Source: Eledone cirrhosa (lineage: Eukaryota). Taken from it: a stretch of DNA of 64,000 nucleotides. Each line of letters begins with the position of its first letter. Positions within the stretch are counted from its first letter, which is position 1. Where the stretch lies: positions 6,820,001 through 6,884,000 of the forward strand of contig OZ024750.1 in assembly GCA_964016885.1 (NCBI GenBank), written 5' to 3'. The notes beneath the pieces were generated by a model. That model did no database searches. It had not been told where the DNA came from and was given only the letters and a program-made list of their open reading frames with translations. This document shows, one piece after another, positions 12,490-25,063 of this stretch. The translations under genes and the position numbers were made by a program.

Positions 12490-12590
12490 TGATTTCTATT
12501 TGAGGCACAAGGCCAGCAATTTGAAGGGAAGGAAAAAGTCAATTAAATCGACCCAGTGCATTACTGGTGCTTTATTTATCGACCCCGTAA
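12490..12590 (-). mobile_element. SINE family A 3' fragment
   Basis: GGCACAAGGCCAGCAATTTG...ACCCAGTGCATTACTGGT..TTTATTTATCGACCCCGTAA. Confidence 0.8.
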
Positions 12591-12629
12591 ATAATATTTG
12601 TAAAATATAGTTGACATATTAAAAGTTTT

Positions 12630-12665
<36 letters not shown>

Positions 12666-12695
12666 AGATCAAAAGATGGTTAAAAGAGTTCCATG

Positions 12696-12766
12696 TATTT
12701 TATTATGCGCATTTCAAAAACAAATATCATCTTGAGATGACATTTGCGTTTTCGTCAGATAAAATA
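12696..12766 (-). ncRNA. Minimal type I hammerhead ribozyme motif, intact core (Penelope-type)
   Basis: Minus strand: UAUUUUAU / CUGACGA / 16-nt-arm stem II with one mismatch and a UCAA loop / GAAA U GCGC A UA / AUAAAAUA. Stem I is 8 bp and stem III is the palindrome AUGCGCAU. Predicted cut between 12704 and 12703. Confidence 0.85.
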
Positions 12767-13154
12767 GGGAGACATGATATGAAGGTTAAAAAACACTTGT
12801 GAATAGTGCAGTTTTAAATCAACAAATCAATATATATATATATATACCCGTGTGCTCTGTGAAAGAGATCTCTCTACTGTGCAATGCCCTCTCTCCAAAT
12901 GTGTGTGACTTTCTTCAAATATTAACATACTACCAGGCTTTACACTGTTTTCACAGAAAGGTTATTTATATATAAATTAAGTCCATGAATTATTTACAAA
13001 ATAGTGAAATATGACGGCTGGTTTTCATAACACATAAATTTATTTAATGACTTTCATAACATGTCTCTCAACATAAGATCCGCGTGGAATATGATATAAA
13101 TATGTCATAAAACTTAGTACTTCTTTCTCCTTATATTCTCACACTAAATTGGTG

Positions 13155-14815
13155 CGAGAGTGGTGGTGGTGTAGTGTTGTGTGGAGAGAGCGGTGGTGGT
13201 GGTGGTGGTGGTGTAGTGTTGTGGTGTGATGTGTGGAGAGAGTGGTGGTGGTGTAGTGTTGTGGTGTGATGTGTGGAGAGAGTGGTGGTGGTGGTGTAGT
13301 GTTGTGGTGTGATGTGTGGAGAGAGTGGTGGTGGTGGTGTAGTGTTGTGTGGAGAGAGTGATGGTGGTGTAGTGTGGTGTGGTGTAGTGTAGTGTAGTAT
13401 AGTGTGGTGTGGTGTAGTGTGGTGTGGTGTGGTATGGTATAGTGTGGTGTGGTGTGGTGTGGTATGGTATATATAGTGTGGTGTGGTGTAGTGGTGTGGT
13501 GTAGTGTAGTGTGGTATGGTGTGGTGTGGTGTAGTGGTATAGTGTGGTGTGGTATGGTATATATAGTGTGGTGTGGTGTGGTATAGTGGTGTGGTGTGGT
13601 GTAGTGTAATGTGGTATAGTGTGGTGTGGTGTGGTGTGGTGTGGTGTGGTGTGGTGTGGTATAGTGTGGTGTGGTATGGTATATATAGTGTGGTGTGGTG
13701 TGGTGTAGTGTGGTATAGTGTGGTGTGGTATGGTATAGTGTGGTGTGGTATGGTATAGTGTGGTGTGGTGTGGTGTAGTGTAGTGTGGTATAGTGTGGTG
13801 TGGTATGGTGTAGTGGTGTGGTGTGGTGTAGTGTGGTATAGTGTGGTGTGGTATGGTATATATAGTGTGGTGTGGTGTGGTGTGGTGTAGTGGTGTGGTG
13901 TGGTGTGGTGTAGTGTGGTATAGTGTGGTGTGGTATGGTATAGTGTGGTGTGGTGTGGTGTGGTGTAGTGTAGTGTGGTATAGTGTGGTGTGGTGTGGTG
14001 TGGTGTAGTGGTGTGGTATAGTGTGGTGTGGTATGGTATATATAGTGTGGTGTGGTGTGGTGTAGTGGTGTGGTGTGGTGTAGTGTGGTATAGTGTGGTG
14101 TGGTATGGTATATATAGTGGTGTGGTGTGGTGTAGTGTAGTGTGGTATAGTGTGGTGTGGTATGGTATATATAGTGTGGTGTGTAGTGGTGTGGTGTGGT
14201 GTAGTGTGGTGTGGTATGGTATATATAGTGTGGTGTGTAGTGGTGTGGTGTGGTGTAGTGTGGTTTGGTATGGTATATATAGTGTGGTGTGGTGTAGTGG
14301 TGTGGTGTGGTGTAGTGTGGTATAGTGTGGTGTGGTGTGATGTGGTGTAGTGTAGTGTGGTATAATGTGGTGTGGTATGGTATATATTGTGTGGTGTGGT
14401 GTAGTGTGGTATAGTGTGGTGTGGTATGGTATATATAGTGTGGTGTGGTATGGTATAGTGTGGTGTGGTGTAGTGTGGTGTGGTGTAGTGTAGTGTGGTA
14501 TAGTGTGGTGTGGTATGGTATATATTGTGTGGTGTAGTGGTGTGGTGTGGTATAGTGTGGTGTGGTATGGTATATATAGTGTGGTGTGGTGTGGTGTGGT
14601 GTAGTGGTGTGATGTAGTGTGGTATAGTGTGGTGTGGTATGGTATATATAGTGTGATGTGGTGTAGTGGTGTGGTGTGGTGTAGTGTGGTATAGTGTGGT
14701 GTGGTATGGTATATATAGTGTGGTGTAGTGTAGTGTGGTATAGTGTGGTGTGGTATGGTATATATAGTGTGGTGTGGTGTGGTGTAGTGGTATAGTGTGG
14801 TGTGGTGTGTGGAGA
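13155..14815. repeat. Complex pentamer-based satellite (GTGTG/GTGTA/GTATG/GTATA), about 1.7 kb
   Basis: The + strand is nearly devoid of C and the block GTGGTATGGTATATATAGT recurs. This repeat is the source of the 560-aa HT-rich ORFs. Confidence 0.95.
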
Positions 14816-14837
14816 ATGCAATAATGTGGTACCACTT

Positions 14838-15060
14838 ACTGCTGGAATGGATCTCCGCTAGTTTCGACGATGAATGTCCAGTTGTTTTGTTTTTTTCTCT
14901 ATCAACGCAAAACAGCTTGCTCGTGAAGTTAACGTGTAAGTGGCTGAGTATTCCACAGACACACCTTGTCTAATATATCTTTTATTTATTTATTTTTAAG
15001 TGGTGTGATTTGAGAGAAATTAGGCTGCTATTTCTAGCAGGTCAAGCGACAACATTGAGG
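14838..15060. mobile_element. Degenerate SINE-like repeat segment
   Basis: GCTTGCTCGTGAAGTTAACGTGTAAGTGGCTGAGTATTCCACAGACAC followed by GTGTGATTTGAGAGAAATTAGGCTGCTATTTCTAGCAGGTC. The latter is shared with 15675-15720 and 58703-58750. Confidence 0.55.
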
Positions 15061-15521
15061 CTTCTTGAATGTTTATGTTTAAGTTTTGTTGTATGTGAAG
15101 TATGTTGTATGTTTTTTTTCTTTTCTTTAACTCTCTCTCTCTCTGTTTGTGTGTGTTTATTTGATCTATAGCTTATTTTATCGATTTCAGAGAGGTAAAA
15201 TATAAAGTCGCCCATGACTGTGTTTGAACAACAAAACCAGTATAATCTATTGGCAAATATAAATATTACATCAGCCACTAACATTGGACTTACTCTCAAG
15301 AAATATTTTACTTCGACATTTTATGTTTTGAGTTCAATTCTTGCTGAAGTTGACTTCTCAGAGTGGAATATCTGCCAATCAAAATATATCTAGATTGATA
15401 TACGGATCGTATCGATCTGACTTGTGCCAATTATTGGAAAATATCAATAATACTGGTGCTCTTAACTCTTCGACAATTCGACTGCCTGTGTTTATAAATA
15501 GCTTCTTGTTAAACATCACCA

Positions 15522-15750
15522 GGTTGTTGTTTAGCTCAATACTGGTCCTGATTGAGGCGAACGTATTGACAATGGACATTCCCAGCTGTGACCATCCCGT
15601 CTTTTTTTTATCATAGGTGTAATGTATCTGGGACTGTAGTATCCAATGTCTCCTTCCTTTTCTTTTAGATTATGAAGTGTGATGTAAAGGAGAATTGGCT
15701 ATTATTTCGAACAGGTCGAGAGCGAATGTAAATGCCCTCTCTTTGGTTTG
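15522..15750. mobile_element. SINE-like family C
   Basis: GACATTCCCAGCTGTGACCATCCCGTC ... TCCAATGTCTC ... GGAGAATTGGCTATTATTTC, with a related copy at 58590-58770 and a fragment at 31990-32110. Confidence 0.6.
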
Positions 15751-15765
15751 ACAAGATATTTCAAT

Positions 15766-15945
15766 TAATTGTTTCTACTTTTGGCACAAGGCCAGCAATT
15801 ATCCCAGTGCATTACTGGTACTTTATTTTATCGACCTCGTAAGGATGAAAGGCAAAGTTAATCTCGGCGGGATTTAAACTCAAACCGTCAAGGGACGTAA
15901 CTCTATTCCGGAAAGCATGGTGCCTGACCTACCGATAGTGCCAAT
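15766..15945 (-). mobile_element. SINE family A
   Basis: Reverse-complement match to 16816-17000, including the B box and core. Confidence 0.9.
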
Positions 15946-16204
15946 TAATTATGCTAAACTACTGATGGTCCGTTTTCTTATCTCGGCAGCCATGCATGTA
16001 AATATTTACCAAAATCTGTCAAAATTAGATTCACTTGATCAAGTTTATAGCCTTGTTTCCCATCTTAGTTGCTGCTTGCATTCCTCTTCGTTTCTTGGAC
16101 TAAAAAAATATTTTGTTTCGTTTGTGTTTATTTTACCTGTTTCCCTGTGTCAGCACTAGTGAAGTAGGATTTGAACAAGTATTTTGACAGTGTATATGTA
16201 TATA

Positions 16205-16373
16205 CAGTGAAATTCCGTTATAACGAAATTCACAGGGTATAAAAAAAAATACGTTGTAACGAGATCGACCGAAATAAATCGAAGTTTTGTTTGTTATTAC
16301 CTCGGGGATCGAAAAAAATTCGTTATACTGAAAAATTCGTTATATTGGTATTCATTATAATGGAATTTTACTT
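16205..16373. mobile_element. pogo/Tigger-like MITE
   Basis: TA-CAGTGAAATTCCGTTATAACGAA left end and TTCATTATAATGGAATTTTACTT right end, with repeated internal TTCGTTATA motifs. Confidence 0.8.
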
Positions 16374-16662
16374 TTATATGTTTCCCTGTGTTAGCATTAG
16401 TGAAGTAGGGTTTGAACAAGTGTTTTGACAGCTGGTTTGTCAAACCCATTTTTTTGTGAATAATAAATGACCAATAACTACCAACTTCAAAGATTCCTTT
16501 CATTTCACATCTGTAATCTCTTCTGAGAGTCTCAGATTCTCTCAATATTGCCAGAACCACATGAAGGAAACTTTGCTTTTCTCTTTAAAGCAAAGAAAGC
16601 CTTGAACATCTGTTGAGTCTGTAGAGGTCCCAGGTGTACCCAGATGTGGAGTTATTAATCCT

Positions 16663-16788
16663 CTATTGGTTTAATAAATCTCTTTTGTTCACAGGCATCA
16701 TAGTCTGCTTCCTTGAGAATCTAAAGAATTCTTCTTTTCCGGAGATCTTTAATTCTTCATCTCTCAAAATATTGTCATCCTTGTATCT
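16663..16788 (-). CDS. Candidate terminal coding exon of an unidentified minus-strand gene
   Basis: Acceptor ATGATTGTAG| at 16789, then phase-0 RYKDDNILRDEELKISGKEEFFRFSRKQTMMPVNKRDLLNQ*. The other two frames close quickly and unique sequence follows. No homology recognised. Confidence 0.3.
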   Translation of the reverse strand, partial: RYKDDNILRDEELKISGKEEFFRFSRKQTMMPVNKRDLLNQ

Positions 16789-16815
16789 CTACAATCATAT
16801 AAATACTATTTCTTG

Positions 16816-17000
16816 TGGATTGGCAGTATCGGTAGAGGGTCGGACGCCATGCTTTGACACATAGAGTTACGCCCCTTTCCATTCTGAGTTCAAATCCCGC
16901 CGAGGTTAACTTTGCCTTTCATCCTTACGGAGTCGAGAAAATAAAGTACCAGTAATGCACTGGGATAATTGCTGGCCTTGTGCCAAAAGTAGAAACAATT
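16816..17000 (+). mobile_element. SINE family A, full length
   Basis: A box TGGCAGTATCGG, B box GAGTTCAAATCC, core ACTTTGCCTTTCATCCTTACGGAGTCGAGAAAATAAAGTACCAGT and tail AGAAACAATT. Confidence 0.92.
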
Positions 17001-17207
17001 ATTTCTACTTTAGGCACAAGACCAGCAATTTGGGAGAGAAGGAAGTTGATTAAATCGACCCCAGTGCATTACTGGTTCTTTATTTATCGACCCGGTAAGG
17101 AGGAAATGCAAAGTTAAACCTCGGCGGGATTTGCACTCAGAACGCAAAGGGCCATAACTTTGTGCTGCGAAGCATGGTGTCTGACGCTCCACTGATTCTG
17201 CCAATCC
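17001..17207 (-). mobile_element. SINE family A, long-tail variant, tail-to-tail with the previous copy
   Basis: Reverse-complement copy with an extra GGGTCGATTTAATCAACTTCC segment. Confidence 0.9.
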
Positions 17208-17645
17208 AGTTTTTGCGCTCATTTTTCCATGTTTGCATGGGATAGATAAGTCGTCTCCACTACAGCAGTGTGTGTGTGTGTGTATGTATGAGTGAGTGTG
17301 TGTGTGTGTGTATGAGTGAGTGTGTGTGTGAGTGACGGTGTGTGTGTGTGTGTGTGTATGAGTGAGTGTGTGTGTGTTTGTGTGTGTGTATGAGTGAGTG
17401 TGTGTGTGTGAGTGACGGTGTGTATGAGTGAGTGTGTGTGAGTGAGTGACGGTGTGTGTGTGTGTGTGTATGAGTGAGTGTGTGTGTGTTTGTGTTGGTA
17501 CCTATTTTTGAATCACCTTACATAACTACATCAGTCTCCATGCCTGTGTGTTTATATATGCATATGTGTGTGTATATTCATGCGTGAATCTATATACATA
17601 ATGTATGTATATATGTGTGTGTGTATGTGTATTCATGTATATATG

Positions 17646-17690
<45 letters not shown>

Positions 17691-17771
17691 ATGTATATAT
17701 ATATATATGTATGTGTATGTATATATATATATATGTATGTGTATGTATGTATATATATATGTGTGTGTATG

Positions 17772-17823
<52 letters not shown>

Positions 17824-17863
17824 TATATGTGTATATATATGTGTATATATGTATATATGTGTA

Positions 17864-17924
<61 letters not shown>

Positions 17925-17929
<5 letters not shown>

Positions 17930-18015
17930 TTAAGGCCAGTTAAAACCAGGTACGTACGTTTCGTTAGCTCGCTCTGAAGACCAACTTGTTCAACCTATTG
18001 CCAATGAAAATGAAC
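17925..18015 (-). mobile_element. 91-bp (TA)n-embedded element containing a variant hammerhead fold (17947-17997)
   Basis: Identical to 27573-27663. Minus strand: UAGG / UUGAACAA / GUUGGUC..GAGCUAAC / GAAA CGUACG UA / CCUG. Confidence 0.7.
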
Positions 18016-18017
18016 TA

Positions 18018-18051
<34 letters not shown>

Positions 18052-18091
18052 TATATGTGTATATATATGTGTATATATGTATATATGTGTA

Positions 18092-18151
<60 letters not shown>

Positions 18152-18680
18152 TGTGTATATATGTGTATGTATGTGAATATATGTATGTATATATGTGTAT
18201 GTATGTATGTATGTATATATACTGATTAGCTACATCAGCCTTCGTCTAGATGTATCAATTCAGTTATCTCTACAACTACATCTGTTACAATTTGACACCA
18301 GAGGTCTCCAGCTGTATTTCTATTCTTAGACATTTCTATTTAACACTGATTCCTGTTGGGTCACTCTGAACTATCTTTGGTCTAACTCTATCTCTGGAGA
18401 CCAGTTAATTCACAGACTCGCTTCCTTCTTTCAAATATGTTATTAATTCACACCACACGACCCTGTCATGGTAACCTATTGATAGGTTAATGTAGCAGCA
18501 ATCTTCTGTCCTGACAACCCACTAAATGAATATGTATGTACACACACGTGTGTGTGTGCGTCTCTCTCTCTCTCTCTCTGTATGTATGTATGTATGTACA
18601 CACACAAATGTCCTTGACCTTATGTAACTTGTCAAACATACTTCAACTGTTAACTCTGTGTCTGTGTATATATAGACATG

Positions 18681-18720
<40 letters not shown>

Positions 18721-18723
<3 letters not shown>

Positions 18724-18912
18724 GGAGAAAGTATGACCCCGACGGCAGAGCTCAAGCCGTTTCGACGGCTATTTCTAGACTGAAATAGCCGTCGAAACGG
18801 CTTGAGCTCTGCCGTCGGGGTCATACTTTCTCCTATTACCCACTCTACTACCCTAAGTATTCAGTACTCTGGTGTGTTATGGTCCATCTGGTTTCTTACC
18901 ACAACTCCTCCG

Positions 18913-18914
<2 letters not shown>
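18721..18914 (+). mobile_element. Family P2 element with perfect 55-bp inverted repeat
   Basis: Arms 18721-18775 and 18782-18836, spacer TAGACT. The right arm has GAAA CGGC...GCCG TC and continues into a tail shared with 30666 and 56215. Flanked by (TA)n. Confidence 0.85.
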
Positions 18915-18978
<64 letters not shown>

Positions 18979-19110
18979 GTGAGGTTTTTTTTACAAAATG
19001 AAAAATAACCGAGGTGTCCTACACGAGTGAAAGTATAAAGAAAAAGGGATGAAATCGAAAATGCAACTGAAGTCTTATTTTTAAAAAAAAATATATATAT
19101 TTATTTGGTT

Positions 19111-19148
19111 CCTTTACCGGTTTCGCAGTTCTTCTGTTTTTCAAAAGG
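19111..19148 (-). ncRNA. Minimal hammerhead motif, U3-A8 core variant
   Basis: Minus strand: CCUU / UUGAAAA / A CAG AAGAA CUG C / GAAA CCGG UA / AAGG. Stem III is palindromic and there is an A-C mismatch at the base of stem II. Confidence 0.6.
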
Positions 19149-19293
19149 TGAGTTGAGATGGAGGGTCTGTGACCATTTATGTTAGGCTGTTTATCAATCG
19201 GTAGGATTGATGTTTCAGGTTGGAATGCAATAAATTAATTAAAGCACTCAACATGTACACACACGCGCACACACACACACACACACATACACG

Positions 19294-19346
<53 letters not shown>

Positions 19347-19664
19347 CACATATATGCACTTTCAAATATCGGTATTTGTATCACCTTATATTACTCTCAA
19401 TTTACCTGTCTATATTTACATCTAAATAATAGAATAAGTAAAGAAACATTTTACTTCATTGTCTGAACACTATCCTGGCTCTCTGTAAAGATAAACATGG
19501 CCTCAATGGTTGGAGTTTCTGTGGTACTATAAACCAGCCTTGGTTGTGTAAACTAAAACCAATTAGATATGGTTTAGTCTAGAACCACAGTCAGGTATTT
19601 GGTGGTGTCCTTCTGAAGAGATCAAATTGAAGACACAAGTTCTCTCTTGTAAACTTTGAGAAGA

Positions 19665-20645
19665 TATACATCACTTCTCTATATATTACTATATATACAT
19701 CACTTCTCTATATATTACTATATATACATCACTTCTCTATATATTACTATATATACATCACTTCTCTATTACTATATATACATCACTTCTCTATATATTA
19801 CTATATATACATCACTTCTCTATATATTACTATATATACATCACTTCTCTATTACTATATATACATCACTTCTCTATATATTACTATATATACATCACTT
19901 CTCTATATATTACTATATATACATCACTTCTCTATATATTACTATATATACATCACTTCTCTATATATTACTATATATACATCACTTCTCTATATATTAC
20001 TATATATACATCACTTCTCTATATATTACTATATATACATCACTTCTCTATATATTACTATATATACATCACTTCTCTATATATTACTATATATACATCA
20101 CCTCTCTATATATTACTATATATACATCACTTCTCTATATATTACTATATATACATCACTTCTCTATATATTACTATATATACATCACTTCTCTATATAT
20201 TACTATATATACATCACTTCTCTATATATATTACTATATATACATCACTTCTCTATATATTACTATATATACATCACTTCTCTATATATTACTATATATA
20301 CATCACTTCTCTATATATTACTATATATACATCACTTCTCTATTACTATATATACATCACTTCTCTATATATTACTATATATACATCACTTCTCTATTAC
20401 TATATATACATCACTTCTCTATATATTACTATATATACATCATTTCTCTATATATTACTATATATACATCACCTCTCTATATATTACTATATATTACTAT
20501 ATACACATCACTTCTCTATTACTATATATACATCTATATATAGATATACATCTGCATGTAGATATACATATATATGTATACATCACTTCTCTATATATTA
20601 CTATATATACATCACTTCTCTATATATTACTATATATACATCTAC
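19665..20645. repeat. 29-bp minisatellite, about 33 copies
   Basis: Unit ATACATCACTTCTCTATATATTACTATAT, with 25-bp and 31-bp length variants. Confidence 0.95.
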
Positions 20646-20785
20646 ATATAGATATGTTCCGAACCCTCTTTGGGGTCTTGGGATACAAAATCTTTGTGCA
20701 TTCATCCCATGCCTACCGGGAAAGGTCACAGGCCCATTGCCAGTTTTTACAGCATAAAATACTTAATTGAGCCCTAAATTTCAGA

Positions 20786-21965
20786 CATGGTCTGGCCCTA
20801 TTACCAGCTTTGTGACCCTATATTTCACATCTGGCCTGGCCCTATTACCACCTTTGTACATCTCTATATTTTACATCTGGCTTGACCCCATTCCCATCTT
20901 TGTACAGATCTGTATTTTACATCTGCTCTGGCTCCCATTACCAGCTTTGTGACCCTATATTTCACATCTGGCCTGGCCCTATTACCACCTTTGTACATCT
21001 CTATATTTTACATCTGGCTTGACCCCATTCCCATCTTTGTACAGATCTGTATTTTACATCTGCTCTGGCTCCCATTACCAGCTTTGTGACCCTATATTTT
21101 ACATCTGGCCTGGCCCTATTACCACCTTTGTACATCTCTATATTTTACATCTGGCTTGACCCCATTCCCATCTTTGTACAGATCTGTATTTTACATCTGC
21201 TCTGGCTCCCATTACCAGCTTTGTGACCCTATATTTTACATCTGGCCTGGCCCTATTACCACCTTTGTACATCTCTATATTTTACATCTGGCTTGACCCC
21301 ATTCCCATCTTTGTACAGATCTGTATTTTACATCTGCTCTGGCTCCCATTACCAGCTTTGTGACCCTATATTTCACATCTGGCCTGGCCCTATTACCACC
21401 TTTGTACATCTCTATATTTTACATCTGGCTTGACCCCATTCCCATCTTTGTACAGATCTGTATTTTACATCTGCTCTGGCTCCCATTACCAGCTTTGTGA
21501 CCCTATATTTTACATCTGGCCTGGCCCTATTACCACCTTTGTACATCTCTATATTTTACATCTGGCTTGACCCCATTCCCATCTTTGTACAGATCTGTAT
21601 TTTACATCTGCTCTGGCTCCCATTACCAGCTTTGTGACCCTATATTTTACATCTGGCCTGGCCCTATTACCACCTTTGTACATCTCTATATTTTACATCT
21701 GGCTTGACCCCATTCCCATCTTTGTACAGATCTGTATTTTACATCTGCTCTGGCTCCCATTACCAGCTTTGTGACCCTATATTTTACATCTGGCTTGACC
21801 CCATTCCCATCTTTGTACAGATCGGTTTTTTTTTCATCTGCTCTGGCTCCCATTACCAGCTTTGTGACCCTATATTTTACATCTGGCCTGACCCCATTCC
21901 CATCTTTGTACAGATCTATATTTCACATCTGCTCTGGCCCCTATTACCACCTTTATCTAGACCTG
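20786..21965. repeat. 137-bp higher-order repeat built from three ~46-bp subunits
   Basis: CCAGCTTTGTGACCC recurs at 20804, 20941, 21078 ... 21763. Each subunit is CATCTG..YTG.CYC.ATT.CCA.CTTTGT...TATTT.A. Confidence 0.95.
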
Positions 21966-22270
21966 TCAAATACCAACCTTAACAATAAACAATAGTATTT
22001 ACAGTCACTATACATATATGCAACCCCCAAAATATATTACTAATGTACTAATACTAATACTAAGTACATTTACAGCACACACAAGCTGTTCCTTGTGTTC
22101 GGAGAGACACCATAAAGTCAACTAAGTAATTTTAGATTTCTCTTGTCAAAATGATTAATAATATAAAAGAATAGTTCAGAGGTCACACAGATAAAATGTA
22201 AAACTTGTTGTAAAGTACTTATTTCTTTTAAGAATTAACATGTAATTCAGGTGTGGTCTGTTATATTAAC

Positions 22271-22311
22271 CTTAAACAACAGGTCTTCATAGCTGGGCTT
22301 TGTTTCTTTTA
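22271..22311 (-). CDS. Candidate 41-nt internal exon (phase 1 to 0)
   Basis: Strong acceptor CTTTGTTGTTCTTCCACCAG|, peptide (V)KETKPSYEDLLFK and moderate donor AAG|GTTAAT. Phase-compatible with the 35086 and 16788 candidates. Confidence 0.35.
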
Positions 22312-22332
22312 CTGGTGGAAGAACAACAAAGG

Positions 22333-22639
22333 TATGAGAGTCACTTGAAAAGTTTATAGGCTGACCAAGATACTCTCATGGAATGACTAAATGAGGTTTA
22401 TTTTTCAACATAGTCCCTTGAAATAGTTGAAATTAATGCATGCAAAATTTCACAGCTCTAGCACCACTCCTTCATAGGCTGACCAAGATACTCTCATGGA
22501 ATGATGAAATGAGGTTTATTTTTCAACATAGTCCTTGGAAAAAGACAATGCAGTTATTAATAAGAAGAGTTGAAATTAATGTCACGCAAGATTTCACAGC
22601 TCTAACATCACTCACTCCTTCATAGTCAGCCTCTGAACT
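22333..22639. mobile_element. mariner-like MITE with internal duplication
   Basis: Left end TATGAGAGTCACTTGAAAAGTTTATAGGCTGAC and partial right TIR GTCAGCCTCTGAACT. The block ATAGGCTGACCAAGATACTCTCATGGAATGA...TTTTCAACATAGTCC occurs twice. Confidence 0.6.
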
Positions 22640-22657
22640 GTCCTAATTTGTTTTGCT

Positions 22658-22838
22658 TCAGCAGTATTGGTAGAGGGTCGGACGCCATGCTTTGCAGCAC
22701 AGTTACGTCCCTTTACGGACTGAGTTCAAATCCCGCCGAGGTTAACTTTGCCTTTCATCCTTACGGGGTCGATAAAATAAAGTACCAGTAATACACTGGC
22801 ATAATTGTTGGCCTTGTGCCAAAAAGTAGAAACAATTA
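22658..22838 (+). mobile_element. SINE family A
   Basis: Same head, core and tail as 16816-17000. Confidence 0.9.
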
Positions 22839-23199
22839 TTTATACCAGAAGTAGTTAAATAAATAACTTATAAAACTCGACATAAAAGAAATAAGAAAGT
22901 GTTAGAAATAGGAGAGAGAAGAAAGAAACTATTATGAAATATTTAACAAGTAAGGTGACATTAGTCAAGTCTTAAATAAATACACTGTGTAAGACATACT
23001 TCTTAGATGTAAACTGGATATATTTTTATTGAAATAATGTCAGCAAGGAATGTTAGGAATCAGAAGGATTTTAAAATCGTCTTGATTCTAGTTTTAAACG
23101 TAACCACATATGTTTGGTTTGTGGGTGTATCTTTACAATGAAGACTGATTTGGGAAGTCACAGGAGCTGAAAGATGAGTAGCAAAGATATGTTTTAGAA

Positions 23200-23559
23200 T
23201 GAGTAACGTTACTCGATAAAGTGCGTAACTCAGAGATCAGAGAGTCACTCCAGGTAGAGTCACTACTTCTCCGAATTGAGGGATCACAGCTCCGATACTA
23301 TAGGGGGCATGTGGTTAGAATGTCTCAGGAAAGAATCACTGGACAGATTTTACGGACAAAACCAACAGGTAGGAGACCCAGGGGTAGACCCCGAGCAAGA
23401 TGGTTGGATAACATCCATGAGCTTGGCTGGTCTCACTTGGGGATCCAGCCAGATCAGTTGGAGATGGTTGCTTCTGACAGGGCCTGCTGGACGGAGTGTT
23501 TGAGGACTCTGTCCCCATGACCCTCTCAGGAATAAGTGGCTGAAGAAGAAGAAGAAGAA
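23200..23559 (+). mobile_element. RTE-clade LINE 5'-truncated copy
   Basis: LLDKVRNSEIRESLQVE.LLLRIE.SQLR...GHVVRM.QER....PTGRRPRGRPRARWLD...ASDRACW followed by a (GAA)n tail. Confidence 0.92.
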
Positions 23560-23609
23560 TACACCTGTCACAGGTATGATATACTAAAATGTGAGAATAT
23601 ACCTATACC

Positions 23610-23725
23610 AGTAACACGCTGTAAAGTGGTTGGTAATAGGAAGGGCATCCTGCTGTAGAAATGTTGCCAAACAAAAGGGTTGGGAGGACCCTCGGTTGTG
23701 TCAAAGACATGACAACCTCTCCTGA
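23610..23725 (+). mobile_element. SINE-like family D fragment
   Basis: ACGCTGTAAAGTGGTTGGTAATAGGAAGGGCATCCTGCTGTAGAAA...AAAGGGTTGG.AGGAC, also seen at 28060-28170. Confidence 0.6.
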
Positions 23726-23743
23726 TAATCACATCCACACACA

Positions 23744-23788
<45 letters not shown>

Positions 23789-23932
23789 TATATACATAGA
23801 TAATCACATCCACACTATATATATATATACACATAGAAGCAATCACACACACTATATATATATATATACACATATAAGCAATCACACACACATTATATAT
23901 ATATATATATACATATAAGCAATCACACACAC

Positions 23933-23994
<62 letters not shown>

Positions 23995-24052
23995 AACAAT
24001 CACACACACACATTATATATATATATATACACATATAAGCAATCACACACAC

Positions 24053-24113
<61 letters not shown>

Positions 24114-24170
24114 ACAATCACACACACACATTATATATATATATATACACATATAAGCAATCACACACAC

Positions 24171-24214
<44 letters not shown>

Positions 24215-24388
24215 AACAATCACACACACACATTATATATATATATATATACACATATAAGCAATCACACACACATTATATATATATATATATATATATA
24301 TATCTATATATATATATATACACATATAAACAATCACACACACACATTATATATATATATATACACATATAAGCAATCACACACACAT

Positions 24389-24422
<34 letters not shown>

Positions 24423-24482
24423 AACAATCACACACACACATTATATATATATATATACACATATAAGCAATCACACACACAT

Positions 24483-24514
<32 letters not shown>

Positions 24515-24664
24515 AACAATCACACACACACATTATATATATATATATACACATATAAACAATCACACACACACTATATATATATATATATATATACACA
24601 TATAAGCAATCACACACACACATTATATATATATATATACACATATAAACAATCACACACACAC

Positions 24665-24696
<32 letters not shown>

Positions 24697-24801
24697 AGCA
24701 ATCACACACACATTATATATATATATATACACATATAAACAATCACACACACACACTATATATATATATATATATATACACATATAAGCAATCACACACA
24801 C

Positions 24802-24851
<50 letters not shown>

Positions 24852-24874
24852 CACATATAAACAATCACACACAC

Positions 24875-24906
<32 letters not shown>

Positions 24907-24921
24907 AGCAATCACACACAC

Positions 24922-24965
<44 letters not shown>

Positions 24966-25029
24966 AACAATCACACACACACACTATATATATATATATA
25001 TATACACATATAAGCAATCACACACACAT

Positions 25030-25063
<34 letters not shown>

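Noticed and set aside
13139-14835. 560-aa His/Thr-rich ORFs
   Set aside because: They are translations of a pentamer satellite whose minus strand almost lacks G and happens to avoid stops.
15379-15579. Possible Penelope RT fragment (NNNLVMFNKKLF...APVLLIF)
   Set aside because: The start of the match comes from the AAC-rich end of a family C SINE, and there is no QxxG/MG or YxDD motif.
16816-16900. tRNA genes at SINE heads
   Set aside because: A and B boxes are present but there is no cloverleaf, and each runs directly into SINE body sequence.
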